From the NCBI GenBank assembly GCA_049968235.1, contig JBMFRC010000014.1, positions 12,152 to 76,151 of the forward strand: DNA of 64,000 nt, given 5' to 3'. Positions 54,219-63,757 of this stretch are shown one piece after another (positions within the stretch are counted from its first letter, which is position 1; the number at the start of each line of letters is the position of its first letter). The stretch is from Candidatus Hydrogenedens sp. Lineage in GTDB: Bacteria; Hydrogenedentota; Hydrogenedentia; Hydrogenedentales; Hydrogenedentaceae. A model generated the notes under the pieces. The model had not been told where the DNA came from, ran no database searches, and worked only from the letters and a program-made list of their open reading frames with translations. The translations under genes were made by a program, and so were the position numbers.

Positions 54219-54665
54219 CTAATCTCTCTTATTAATACTGTTGAACTTGTTAGACTCGTCTGATTTTAATAATCGTTTGCCCTCTTCATTATAAGGAAGA
54301 ACCCCTAATTGTAGTATTTCTTGCCCTGAAGTATTCATCTTTAAGTGAGTAACTGTTTCCCAAAGGTATGCCAGAGGAAATCCTGCTTTCTTTAATTGTT
54401 CACACTTTAGTAAAAATTCATCATATCTCCTATCTGCATAATCTTTCCATAGAGGTTTTAACAGATGTGCTATATAAAAATTCTTTTTTGTTAGATTATC
54501 AAATGTTTTTTCTGCATTCGCTATTTCTCCATTTTCGGTTAATGCGAGTATTAGACCAATAGTTGCCCAACTTGTTTGTTCTTTGAAATATTCACACAAA
54601 GTTTGTATTTCACGATTTTTATTCATTGCGGTAAATTGAAATACAAGTTGGGGAATTGTATTCAA
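54219..54665 (-). CDS. Hypothetical protein (148 aa)
   Basis: Intact ORF with coding-like composition and no recognisable motifs. Lies downstream of the disrupted glycosyltransferase. Confidence 0.4.
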   Translation of the reverse strand: MNTIPQLVFQFTAMNKNREIQTLCEYFKEQTSWATIGLILALTENGEIANAEKTFDNLTKKNFYIAHLLKPLWKDYADRRYDEFLLKCEQLKKAGFPLAYLWETVTHLKMNTSGQEILQLGVLPYNEEGKRLLKSDESNKFNSINKRD

Positions 54666-54708
54666 ACCGGCTGTTCCATCCGGAAAAACTAACCAATTAA
54701 GTAATTCT

Positions 54709-56228
54709 TCATCTATATGTTTCGTCTCTCCCTAATTTTTCTAAAATATTCCTCATATTACTTTTTCTAATTTGTTTTTCTTCCTCCCAGTTATACTCTG
54801 CATTACAATAGTAAATAGAGTCAAAAGAAGTTGTTATACTGTTTTCTTTTTTAGTTTCAGGCTGTATTTTGTAGCAGGCAATTCCCTCAAAGGCTGGGAA
54901 AATTTTTTCATGGAAACCAATACCTCTTTTTTTTAATTCCTCTCTGAGGATGCAGGGGATTTTATCATTCCATTGCATACTATAAACCAGCCAGATAGTA
55001 GAAGATGGGTGTTGGTTCTGCAGGAAAGGAATTCCATCCATTGCCGATTTTATTGAAGTAGTATATAAGATAGGTGTGTTATCTGAATCAGGAAATACAT
55101 ACTCCAATGCCAATGCTTCCTCAAACCTACCTGTAATAATGATGTCCTCTTTTCCGTATGAATTCTGTATATATTTTGCACAGGAGTTCCAATCTGAATA
55201 AGGGGAACAACTTCGATAAAGAACATAATGATGAATGAAGAAAAGAATAGCAACGATGGTTAGAAAATATTGAAGTGGTTTACTTGTAATTGAATTTATT
55301 AGAACGAACAAAAGAGCAATTTTGCATATCCATGATAAATAAAAATACCGTGCCATCAGGATATTTGTCCCTGATATAGTTTGGACGAGTGCAAAAAAGA
55401 TAGGTATTATAATCCCAAAATACAAAAGATAAAAGGTTATATCCGTTAGTAATGATTTATTTTTCAAGATACATATTATTTTTTTTATAATAGATAGAAT
55501 AAAAGAAAAGAGAGAAGAATATTCCCCGTGTATATAATTACTAATGGAGCAACCCCGAGTAAGGAATTTAACCACATGGGTATCGGGTTATGGACGAAAA
55601 ATAAGGGTTGAACATAAATCGCCCACGAATTTATCGAGGAAATTTCAAAATCCAGTAAACCCAAAACGGTAAATACCAATTGTTTAATTCCTTTCTCCGG
55701 AACAAAATCAATATTATTTGTGTGGATGACAAAAACAAGATAAAAAATAACCCCACCTATTATTAAGAAATTTATCGTGAGAAAAGCAATGGTTCGTTTT
55801 TCTAACTTCTTATCAAATAATAAAAACAGACATTCTGCGAATGGTATCTAGAAAAAGATGTAATGAGTGAAAATAAGTGCAACAGAACAGGAAGTTAAAA
55901 AAGCCGTTTTCGTGTCAACGAGTTTTGAGATAGTTAGATAAATGAAAAGACAACTTAATAAACAACATAATACAGAAAAATATCGAAATTTTTCTTGTAG
56001 TATATGCAGATATTTTGTATTTATGTATAGTATTAGAGGATAAACAGGTGCTACTTCTGGACCTACACTCCACTGAACCGAAAGAAATTCCTCAATAGAA
56101 GAAGCATGGGTAAATGATACTCCACCCAGCAATTCATCACTCCAAAATGAAGGTCTCTGGGATAATAATAGTATTGCGACACATGATATAAAAAATAAAA
56201 TAAAGATAAGATAATATTTTTTTCTCAT
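54709..56228 (-). pseudogene. Disrupted GT-C family (ArnT/PMT-like) membrane glycosyltransferase: in-frame TAG plus a frameshift
   Basis: The three table ORFs 56228..55848, 55679..55485 and 55575..54709 form one ~505-aa polytopic protein. Its N-terminus (SQRPSFWSDELLGG) resembles the DE-motif first loop of GT-C transferases. Fragments 1 and 2 are in the same frame, separated only by TAG at 55848-55850. Fragments 2 and 3 overlap by 91 nt in different frames around an A8 run (55471-55479). Confidence 0.5.
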
Positions 56229-56405
56229 AGCCCATTAAAACTATAATGAATATCTGTTTTCTCATAATATAACATTTTTAGCAATAAGGATTGATTTTAT
56301 AAATTATGGGTATTGTAATGACTGTATTCTTTCTTATTGTTTTTTTGTTATGCTATATAAATAGTCTATGTTACATAATAAAAAGTTCTATATAGAAAGG
56401 AAAAA

Positions 56406-57161
56406 ATGATGAGAAAAAGTGTTTTGAGAAGTAGTTTAATTAGTACTACACTATTGTTTGTTTTTCTGTGTATGTTTGCAACTATTGCAGATTCACAGGT
56501 TCGTGTTGCTATTATTACAGGTGGACACGGTTATGATAAAGAGCCGTTTGAAGCGATGTGGGCAAGCATAAAGGATATTAAGCCTGAATATTTTGATTAT
56601 GCAGGAGGAAAATGTGTCTTTTTTGATAATGATAAATATAAAGATTTTGATACAATTGTTCTTTATAATTTTCACCACAAAATATCAAAGAAACAGCAGA
56701 AAAATTTCTTAGACATGTTAAATAGCGGGAAAAAAATTATTGTTATGCATCACGCTCTTTCTGCTTTTCCCGACTGGAATGAGTTTTCAAAAATTATTGG
56801 AGCAAAATATTTTTTGGAAGATATGGAATGGGAAGGGAAAAAATACGAAAGGTCAAAATACAAACATGATATAAAAATTCCGGTTCATGTTGTGGATAAG
56901 AACCATCCTATAACGCAAGGGGTAGAAGACTTTGAAGAGATAGATGAAGTTTATAGCCAATTCTATATCTCGCCGGATGTACATGTTCTACTTACCACCA
57001 ATCATCCTGACAGTGCCTCTTTTTTAGCCTGGGTAAATAAATACAGTAATTCGGAAGTATTCTTTATGCAATTGGGGCATGGTCCCCAGATATTTGCAAA
57101 TGAACAATTTCGTAAACTTATTAGCAATGCAATTAAATGGTCAGTAGAAAAAAATAAATAA
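56406..57161 (+). CDS. ThuA-like (trehalose-utilisation / class I glutamine-amidotransferase-like) secreted protein
   Basis: Signal peptide, RVAIITGGHGYD...IIVMHHA pattern of the ThuA family, about 250 aa. Confidence 0.55.
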   Translation: MMRKSVLRSSLISTTLLFVFLCMFATIADSQVRVAIITGGHGYDKEPFEAMWASIKDIKPEYFDYAGGKCVFFDNDKYKDFDTIVLYNFHHKISKKQQKNFLDMLNSGKKIIVMHHALSAFPDWNEFSKIIGAKYFLEDMEWEGKKYERSKYKHDIKIPVHVVDKNHPITQGVEDFEEIDEVYSQFYISPDVHVLLTTNHPDSASFLAWVNKYSNSEVFFMQLGHGPQIFANEQFRKLISNAIKWSVEKNK

Positions 57162-57178
57162 CAGAAAGGAAGAATAAA

Positions 57179-58711
57179 ATGAAAAGAACAGTTATAGGAC
57201 TTACCTTAATCATTTTATGCGATAGCGTGGCGTGTTTTGCTGAAAACTCCCCATTTTTTAATGAATTTTTTGCTATGGATACTGCAACACGGGATGCGGA
57301 ACATTCAACGCCTGATTTACAGGTATCCTTTGCTAAAGAATTAGGTTTTACAGGAATCAGTTGGACAGGCTTTGACCAGATGGCAGAACTTAAAAATGCT
57401 TTGCAGTCGCATGGATTAAAACTATATGCGGTTTATTTTTGGGGAACAATAGAAAAGGAAGGTTTTCAAATCCAACCGGGTCTGGCAGATATTCTTGAAA
57501 TAATGAAAGGAAATGAGTATTTCCTCTGGTTAACTATAAATAGCCAGACATGGAAATCTAATGAAGCGGAATCATATCAACAAGCACTTGCTCTTATTCG
57601 TAATGTAGCAGACCAGGCATTGCCTTATGGTGTGAAAATAGCCCTATATCCTCATGCGGGGTGCTGGCTTGATAAAACGGAACAAGCCTATCAATTAGCA
57701 CAGGATTCCGGTAAGCCGAATGTAGGTATATCGTTTAATCTCTGTCACTGGTTAAAGGTAGATGGTCCCGACACAAATCTGGACTTGCTAATCCGTAAAG
57801 TAAAGCCTAAATTGTTCGTAGTTACTTTAAATGGTGCAGAACCGCCCGGTGATTGGGATAAATTAATCCAATCGATGGATAAAGGTACTTACGACTTAAA
57901 ACCTTTATTAAAAACATTGAAATCTGTCGGCTATACGGGTCCGGTAGGTTTACAGGGCTATGGTATCCAGGAACCTGTAAAAGAACATTTGCCACGTTCT
58001 ATGAAAGCTTGGAAAGAATTAATATCCTCTGTCTCTACCTATGAGCCTGTTCGTGTTTCTACAGACGATTTAAGTGCTTTCCGTGAACCAACGGGGACAT
58101 GGTATAGTGGAAGTGATGCGATGACAGACCCTCAAAATGAAGCATTACTTACATCATTGCCCGGGGTAGGTGTACTTATTAATGGGAAGGATGGTAAAAC
58201 AAATCATCTTATTACAAAAGAAGAATGGGGAGATATTGAATTACACATTGAGTTCATGGTTCCAAAGGGCTCTAATTCTGGTGTGTATTTTCAGGGAAGA
58301 TATGAAATTCAAGTGCTGGACAGTTGGGGTATTGCAGAGCCTAAACATAGTGATTGCGGAGGAATATATCAGCGTTGGCATGAAGAACCGGGTATTCCCG
58401 ATGACCAGCGAGGATATGAAGGCAGACCGCCGCGTATTAATGCATCCCGTCCGCCCGGAATATGGCAAAGTTTTGATGTGATTTTCAAGGCCCCTAAATT
58501 TGATGCTGAAGGTAAAAAGACTGCCAATGCCCAATTTGTTCGTGTTATTCATAATGGTATTGTTGTGCATGAAAATCAAGAATTATCCGGTCCAACACGG
58601 GCACCTTTATTTGATAATGAATCTGCAAAGGGACCATTGATGATGCAAGGAGACCATGGTCCTGTTGCGTATAGAAATATCTGGGTGCGACCCTTAACAG
58701 AACAAGAATAA
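57179..58711 (+). CDS. Secreted fusion: xylose-isomerase-like TIM-barrel (sugar phosphate isomerase/epimerase family) + DUF1080 (3-keto-disaccharide-hydrolase-like jelly-roll)
   Basis: N-terminal half with AP-endonuclease-2/xylose isomerase-like TIM-barrel features. C-terminal half with DUF1080 blocks (GDIELHIEFMVPKGSNSGVYFQGRYEIQVLDSWG...GPLMMQGDHGPVAYRNIWVRPL). Confidence 0.65.
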   Translation: MKRTVIGLTLIILCDSVACFAENSPFFNEFFAMDTATRDAEHSTPDLQVSFAKELGFTGISWTGFDQMAELKNALQSHGLKLYAVYFWGTIEKEGFQIQPGLADILEIMKGNEYFLWLTINSQTWKSNEAESYQQALALIRNVADQALPYGVKIALYPHAGCWLDKTEQAYQLAQDSGKPNVGISFNLCHWLKVDGPDTNLDLLIRKVKPKLFVVTLNGAEPPGDWDKLIQSMDKGTYDLKPLLKTLKSVGYTGPVGLQGYGIQEPVKEHLPRSMKAWKELISSVSTYEPVRVSTDDLSAFREPTGTWYSGSDAMTDPQNEALLTSLPGVGVLINGKDGKTNHLITKEEWGDIELHIEFMVPKGSNSGVYFQGRYEIQVLDSWGIAEPKHSDCGGIYQRWHEEPGIPDDQRGYEGRPPRINASRPPGIWQSFDVIFKAPKFDAEGKKTANAQFVRVIHNGIVVHENQELSGPTRAPLFDNESAKGPLMMQGDHGPVAYRNIWVRPLTEQE

Positions 58712-58734
58712 ATCTTATTATAAAGGGATTTCCT

Positions 58735-60066
58735 ATGGGGACCAGCAATAAAAAACATATAGTATCGAGACGCAGTTTCATAAAGACAACTGCTTTGCTT
58801 GCGTCTTTCCCTTTAATCCCTTCCTTTTCTCTCTTCGGCAAAGACCCCAAACCTTCTGAAAAAGTAGGCGTGGCTGTTATTGGCACCGGAGAACGAGGAA
58901 GGTATCTGATGAATGCTTTAATGTCAGTTAAAGAAGTTCAAATCAGGGCTTTATGTGATGTTCGGAAAGAAGACATAGATGAGGCTAATGATGATGTTCG
59001 TAAGAAATTCAAAGATGTAGCACTCTATAGAGACTTCCATGATGTCTTATCTCGTTCAGATATTGATGCGGTAGTTATTGCCACCAACGACCACTGGCAT
59101 GGAATTCTTACCGTTTTGTCTGCACAGGCAGGGAAAGATATGTATGTTGAAAAACCTCTATGTATTTCTATTCAGGACGATTTGAAAGTTACAGAAGCAG
59201 TAAAAAAGCATAACCGTATTTTCCAGTTCGGAACTCAACAGCGTTCTAATGACGATTTTCGATTTGCCTGCGAATTAGTTCGGAATGGCTATATTGGCGA
59301 ATTAAAGAAAATCCGTGTTGGTGTTCCCGGCGGTATTGTGGGTCCTGCATGTGGAGAAGAACCTGTTCCCGCTGTATCTGATTTTGATTATGAAATGTGG
59401 TTAGGACCTGCCCCTACGGTTCCATATTGCAAAGCACGAACCGTAAGACCCAACTGGTACCATATTGCAGATTATGCTATGGGCTTTATCGGAGGTTGGG
59501 GAATTCATCATGTAGATATTGCCCAATGGGGACACGGCAATGATGAAACATCAGGTCCGATTGAGTATGAAGGGAAAGGGGAATTCCCAAAAGAAGGTAT
59601 TTGCGATTGTGCGATGGCATGGGATGTCCAGATGAAATATGCTGACGGGATTGTCGTTCATTTCACCAATGAACAAACAGCAAAAAAAGAACCCAACCTG
59701 AACCCTACAGGAATAACCTTCGAAGGGACAGAAGGAACTGTGTATGTCAATCGTGAAACACTTCAGGCAAAACCTGAAAAATTACTGGATATTAAATTAA
59801 AGCCAACAGATGTACATCTATATCAGAGTAAACATCACTTAAAAAACTTTATTGAATGTGTACAAACACGAAAACAAACAATAGCCAATATTGATATTGC
59901 AGTCCGCTCCAACGCACTTTGTCTGCTAAGCGATATTGCAATTCGGACTCAAAAAATTATCCGTTGGGACCCCGAAAAAGAAGTCATAACAGACCCATCT
60001 CCCTTACCCGATAATGTCCAGCAACTCATCCACCGTCCCAAAAAGCAACCCTGGAATGTTATTTAA
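58735..60066 (+). CDS. Tat-secreted Gfo/Idh/MocA-family NAD(P)-dependent oxidoreductase
   Basis: Twin-arginine signal (SRRSFIKTTALLAS), VGVAVIGTGERGR Rossmann motif, and a Gfo/Idh/MocA C-terminal alpha/beta domain. Confidence 0.8.
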   Translation: MGTSNKKHIVSRRSFIKTTALLASFPLIPSFSLFGKDPKPSEKVGVAVIGTGERGRYLMNALMSVKEVQIRALCDVRKEDIDEANDDVRKKFKDVALYRDFHDVLSRSDIDAVVIATNDHWHGILTVLSAQAGKDMYVEKPLCISIQDDLKVTEAVKKHNRIFQFGTQQRSNDDFRFACELVRNGYIGELKKIRVGVPGGIVGPACGEEPVPAVSDFDYEMWLGPAPTVPYCKARTVRPNWYHIADYAMGFIGGWGIHHVDIAQWGHGNDETSGPIEYEGKGEFPKEGICDCAMAWDVQMKYADGIVVHFTNEQTAKKEPNLNPTGITFEGTEGTVYVNRETLQAKPEKLLDIKLKPTDVHLYQSKHHLKNFIECVQTRKQTIANIDIAVRSNALCLLSDIAIRTQKIIRWDPEKEVITDPSPLPDNVQQLIHRPKKQPWNVI

Positions 60067-60081
60067 AGGAAAGCAAGGATT

Positions 60082-60468
60082 GTGGAAGATAAAGTTGTTA
60101 AAATTGAGTGGGAACGGCTTGTTTCGGAGGAGGAGACCTGCCCGAGGTGTCGTATGACAGAGGAAGAATTGGAGAAGGCGATTTTGCAACTCCAATTGTT
60201 ACTTAATCCCAGGGGGATACAAGTTGTTCTCGAGAAGAAGGAAATAACACCGGAACAAATTCAGAAAAATCCACTTCAATCTAACAGGATTATCATCAAT
60301 GGGCGATTATTGGAAGAGTATATTAATGCAGAGACAGGAAAAAGCCCATGTTGTAGTGTTTGCGGTCCCAGAGATTGCAGAACGGTGATTATAAATGATA
60401 AAGAAATCCACGAATTTATACCCGTAGAACTTATAATCAAAGCAAGTTTAATATCTATTTCCTATTAA
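60082..60468 (+). CDS. Small Cys-rich protein (CPRC ... CCSVCGPRDC), possible metal/redox-binding protein
   Basis: 128-aa ORF with GTG start and AAGGA-like RBS; two Cys clusters 75 residues apart. Family not recognised with confidence. Confidence 0.4.
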   Translation: MEDKVVKIEWERLVSEEETCPRCRMTEEELEKAILQLQLLLNPRGIQVVLEKKEITPEQIQKNPLQSNRIIINGRLLEEYINAETGKSPCCSVCGPRDCRTVIINDKEIHEFIPVELIIKASLISISY

Positions 60469-60539
60469 TAGTTACACGAAAATATTATAAATTCTATGAA
60501 TGTGAAAATAATCGTTTGTAAATAAATAAGAGGTGGAAA

Positions 60540-61388
60540 TCAATTTTTTGTAGCGATTTTATTCTTTAGTTTTTCGGAGACTGTCTTCGTTATCATCTCC
60601 ACTTCTTCATTTTTATTTTGTTTCCTAAGAAACTGGACATAACTCAGTCCCAGAAGCCGAAGTCGTTCCTCCAGTTTGGGGTCATTTAAATCGGGCAAAG
60701 AAGAGATATTTTGCCATGCTTGTTGAAAATATTGTTCTGCGGATGCCATATCTCCCTGAGAGTTTTTTATCTGTGCCAATAACCATTGTGTTTCAGAAAG
60801 CACACCTTTATCTGCTGTATTCTGCTCTGTGATTTCTTCCAACTTTTTTGTTGCCCAATCTGTTAACCCTTTTGAAATAAGGGATTCGAGGTGGTCTTTT
60901 AATACCTCTAACTTTTTCTCTTGTGACGATAAATTGTCAATTAATTTGTTTAAAGGTTCTTCTACATTATTTTCTGGAGTTTGTTGATTATCAGGTATAG
61001 ATTGTAAAAGTCGTTCTAAATCCTTAGGTATATTTGCTTCAACTTGTTCCTTTTTCAATGTATTTTCTTCTGTTTCTCCATTTATTGAATTTGTTTCTTT
61101 TTCTCCCTCATCTTTCCCCAATTGTGCTGAATACACTTTATTTATTTGAGCGGTGTCTTTATTCTGTTCATCTGACTCTACATTTCCAAATGTGTCTTCC
61201 CTTTTTTTACTTACAAGCAGAAGGGGGTTATCCCTTGTTTTCCCCGGCGCTGCAGAAAACCTTTTGGATGTAGATTTGTCTTTTATAGGAGAATTTCCTG
61301 ATGATAAAAATGCTACTACCACCGAAAGAATAATTATAATTAGCGTTACGGAAACCACTATCAAAATTTCTTGTTTATTCATAAACAA
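60540..61388 (-). CDS. Hypothetical membrane-anchored coiled-coil protein
   Basis: N-terminal TM helix (ILIVVSVTLIIIILSVVVAFL), E/K/Q-rich coiled-coil-like remainder. No catalytic motifs. Confidence 0.4.
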   Translation of the reverse strand: MFMNKQEILIVVSVTLIIIILSVVVAFLSSGNSPIKDKSTSKRFSAAPGKTRDNPLLLVSKKREDTFGNVESDEQNKDTAQINKVYSAQLGKDEGEKETNSINGETEENTLKKEQVEANIPKDLERLLQSIPDNQQTPENNVEEPLNKLIDNLSSQEKKLEVLKDHLESLISKGLTDWATKKLEEITEQNTADKGVLSETQWLLAQIKNSQGDMASAEQYFQQAWQNISSLPDLNDPKLEERLRLLGLSYVQFLRKQNKNEEVEMITKTVSEKLKNKIATKN

Positions 61389-61428
61389 CCCGTTTTAAGT
61401 TTCTATTGTAATTATACCCCAAAAGGTA

Positions 61429-62391
61429 TTAAGAAACAGCAAATCCTAATTCTTTTAATGATTGTATTCCCTGTTTCACTTCTTCCACTGATTTCATTAA
61501 TGCAATTTTATTTTCATTAGAAAGGGGCAACTCGATAATCTTTTCCACACCTTGTGCTCCCAGTATGCAGGGCAATCCCACAAATACTCCTGAGATTCCA
61601 TACTCTCCTTGTGTATATACCGCACAGGGTAGTAATGCTTTTTCATCATGCAAAATAGCCTCAACCATTCTTGCGGAACTTGCTGCGGGTGCATAATAAG
61701 CACTACCTGTTTTTAAGAGTGATACGATTTCTGCACCACCTTTTCTTGTCCTTTCGATAATCTGTTCCAATCGTTCTTTGGGAATAAGTTCTTTTACAGA
61801 AACTCCGGCAACAGTGGTGTAATCCGGTATTGGCACCATTAAATCTCCATGAGAACCTAATACCATTGCATTTACTTGCTTTTGGCTCACATTGATTTCT
61901 TCAGCAATGAAGGAACACATCCTTGCATTATCCAGACAACCTGCCATCCCCATTATTTTTGATGGAGGGTGATTTAGCAAATGAAAAGCCAATTGTACCA
62001 TTATGTCCAGAGGGTTTGTTATAACAATTACAATCGCATTAGGTGCAAATCGCTGTATATAATCACAAATATTGGCGATAATTTTCCCGTTCTTTTCTAA
62101 TAAATCGAGACGGCTCATACCCGGTTTTCGCGGAAAGCCTGCAGAAATAACGATAATATCTGCATTCTTCATATCTGAAAAATCGTTACTACCTTGTATG
62201 GAAACACTATAACCACGAACAATACCTGCCTGCATCAAATCTAATGCTTTCCCTTGGGGTAATCCTTCCACAATGTCCAATAACAACACATCACCTAATT
62301 GCATCTCTGCACAGTACTGTGCAAAAGTTGCTCCAACATTTCCTGCTCCAATGGATACAATTTTAGGTCTGCTAAATTTACTTGTAACCAT
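61429..62391 (-). CDS. mdh: Malate dehydrogenase (LDH-like MDH family)
   Basis: IGAGNVG Rossmann motif, GFPRKPGMSRLDLL with Arg (not Gln) at the substrate-specificity position, and the catalytic His region. Confidence 0.85.
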   Translation of the reverse strand: MVTSKFSRPKIVSIGAGNVGATFAQYCAEMQLGDVLLLDIVEGLPQGKALDLMQAGIVRGYSVSIQGSNDFSDMKNADIIVISAGFPRKPGMSRLDLLEKNGKIIANICDYIQRFAPNAIVIVITNPLDIMVQLAFHLLNHPPSKIMGMAGCLDNARMCSFIAEEINVSQKQVNAMVLGSHGDLMVPIPDYTTVAGVSVKELIPKERLEQIIERTRKGGAEIVSLLKTGSAYYAPAASSARMVEAILHDEKALLPCAVYTQGEYGISGVFVGLPCILGAQGVEKIIELPLSNENKIALMKSVEEVKQGIQSLKELGFAVS

Positions 62392-62434
62392 AATTTACTC
62401 CTTATTTATTTCTGTATGAGGAATTAAAAATTAT

Positions 62435-63091
62435 TTATCGTTTTTCCGGAAAAAAATGTGCTTCTACCATAGCACATAAGGCATGCCATATTGGCTGATG
62501 TCCTTCCTGAATTACTTTGGTGCTATTTCCGGGTGTCTTAATGCAGATATGACTGTGTTGAGCTATAAGACCGCCCGACGGACCGGTCAATCCGATGACA
62601 ATCCCATTATTTGCTCTTGCCACACTAATAGCATATAAACAGTTTTTGGCATTACCTGATGTTGATATAGCAAGCAAAACATCCCCCGGTCTAATTAATA
62701 CACTTAACTCCTGTGCAAAAGCAATATCTCGCAATGGGCAATCATTTTCAATGGCTGTTTTTAATGCACTGTTCATCCCTAAGGGAATAGCCCGTAATCC
62801 CGCTTCAAGATATTTTCCAATCTCTTCACCGGCAAATTCATTTGATAACTTTTCAAATAATAATTTGCCAATAGGTCGCTTTCGTTCAAAACTCTTAACC
62901 AATTCCCCCGCAATATGGAGAGCATCTGCGTAAGAGCCACCATTCCCACAGGTGAATAAAGTTCCACCCTGAGAAAAGCAATGAACCAGAATTTCATGTG
63001 TCCTCAAAATATCATCTGCACAAGTTTTAAGGTCGGGTCGGCGAGTTAATAAATCATCAAAAATTTCCCGTTCAAGTATAGATAAATTCAT
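62435..63091 (-). CDS. gmhA: SIS-domain phosphoheptose isomerase (GmhA/DiaA-like)
   Basis: TCGNGGSYADALH, ISTSGN and a C-terminal His/Glu region typical of GmhA. Confidence 0.7.
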   Translation of the reverse strand: MNLSILEREIFDDLLTRRPDLKTCADDILRTHEILVHCFSQGGTLFTCGNGGSYADALHIAGELVKSFERKRPIGKLLFEKLSNEFAGEEIGKYLEAGLRAIPLGMNSALKTAIENDCPLRDIAFAQELSVLIRPGDVLLAISTSGNAKNCLYAISVARANNGIVIGLTGPSGGLIAQHSHICIKTPGNSTKVIQEGHQPIWHALCAMVEAHFFPEKR

Positions 63092-63235
63092 ATAAAAAAT
63101 CCTTATATTTTTTACGAATTTTAAAAACGAGATAATTATAGCAATTCAGTAAATAAAAACGAGAAATATATAAAGTTTTGACTCTTCTGAAATTTCTTAT
63201 TGAATTGGTAGAAGTTTTGATAATAAGGGATGAAG

Positions 63236-63265
63236 TTGACAAAAAGAAAAAACATTTGATACAAT
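63236..63265 (+). promoter_or_regulatory. Sigma-70-type promoter of the tRNA-tuf operon
   Basis: TTGACA-N18-TACAAT (TTGACA at 63236-63241, TACAAT at 63260-63265), about 30 bp upstream of the first tRNA. Confidence 0.6.
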
Positions 63266-63294
63266 TATTCTTCCCTGAAGAACAGAAGTAGTTC

Positions 63295-63370
63295 GCTGGC
63301 GTAGCTCAGCAGGTAGAGCAGCTGACTTGTAATCAGCAGGTCGGGGGTTCGATTCCCTTCGCCAGCTCCA
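63295..63370 (+). tRNA. tRNA-Thr (anticodon UGU)
   Basis: Cloverleaf read by hand: acceptor GCTGGCG/CGCCAGC, anticodon stem GCTGA/TCAGC with loop CTTGTAA, T-loop TTCGATT, encoded CCA. Confidence 0.9.
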
Positions 63371-63393
63371 CGAAATTGAATATATAATTTTGT

Positions 63394-63479
63394 GGTGGGC
63401 TGCCCGAGTGGTTAAAGGGGACGGGCTGTAAACCCGTTGGCTAGCGCCTACGTTGGTTCGAATCCAGCGCCCACCACCA
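63394..63479 (+). tRNA. tRNA-Tyr (anticodon GUA), class II with long variable arm
   Basis: Acceptor GGTGGGC/GCCCACC, anticodon loop CTGTAAA, long variable arm, TTCGAAT T-loop, encoded CCA. Closely resembles E. coli tRNA-Tyr. Confidence 0.9.
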
Positions 63480-63522
63480 ATTTGAGATAAAACGCACAAA
63501 AGCGTTTATAATATACGCATTT

Positions 63523-63599
63523 GCGGGAGTAGCTCAGTTGGTAGAGCGTCAGCCTTCCAAGCTGAGGGTCACGGGTTCGAATCCCGCCTCCCGCTCCAG
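63523..63599 (+). tRNA. tRNA-Gly (anticodon UCC)
   Basis: Acceptor GCGGGAG/CTCCCGC, anticodon stem TCAGC/GCTGA with loop CTTCCAA, TTCGAAT T-loop, CCA. Confidence 0.9.
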
Positions 63600-63604
63600 A
63601 TTTT

Positions 63605-63680
<76 letters not shown>

Positions 63681-63757
63681 TTGGTTATTAAAGTTTATGT
63701 AAATAAGTAAAAAAAGTTTAACAAAAAAACAAAACCTAAAAAAGAAGGAATACAGCG

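Noticed and set aside
55848-55850. TAG recoded as a sense codon (alternative genetic code)
   Set aside because: TAG is used as a normal stop elsewhere (for example the GGDEF gene ends with TAG at 12062-12064). All other genes translate cleanly under the standard code. Pseudogenisation or a sequencing error is more parsimonious.
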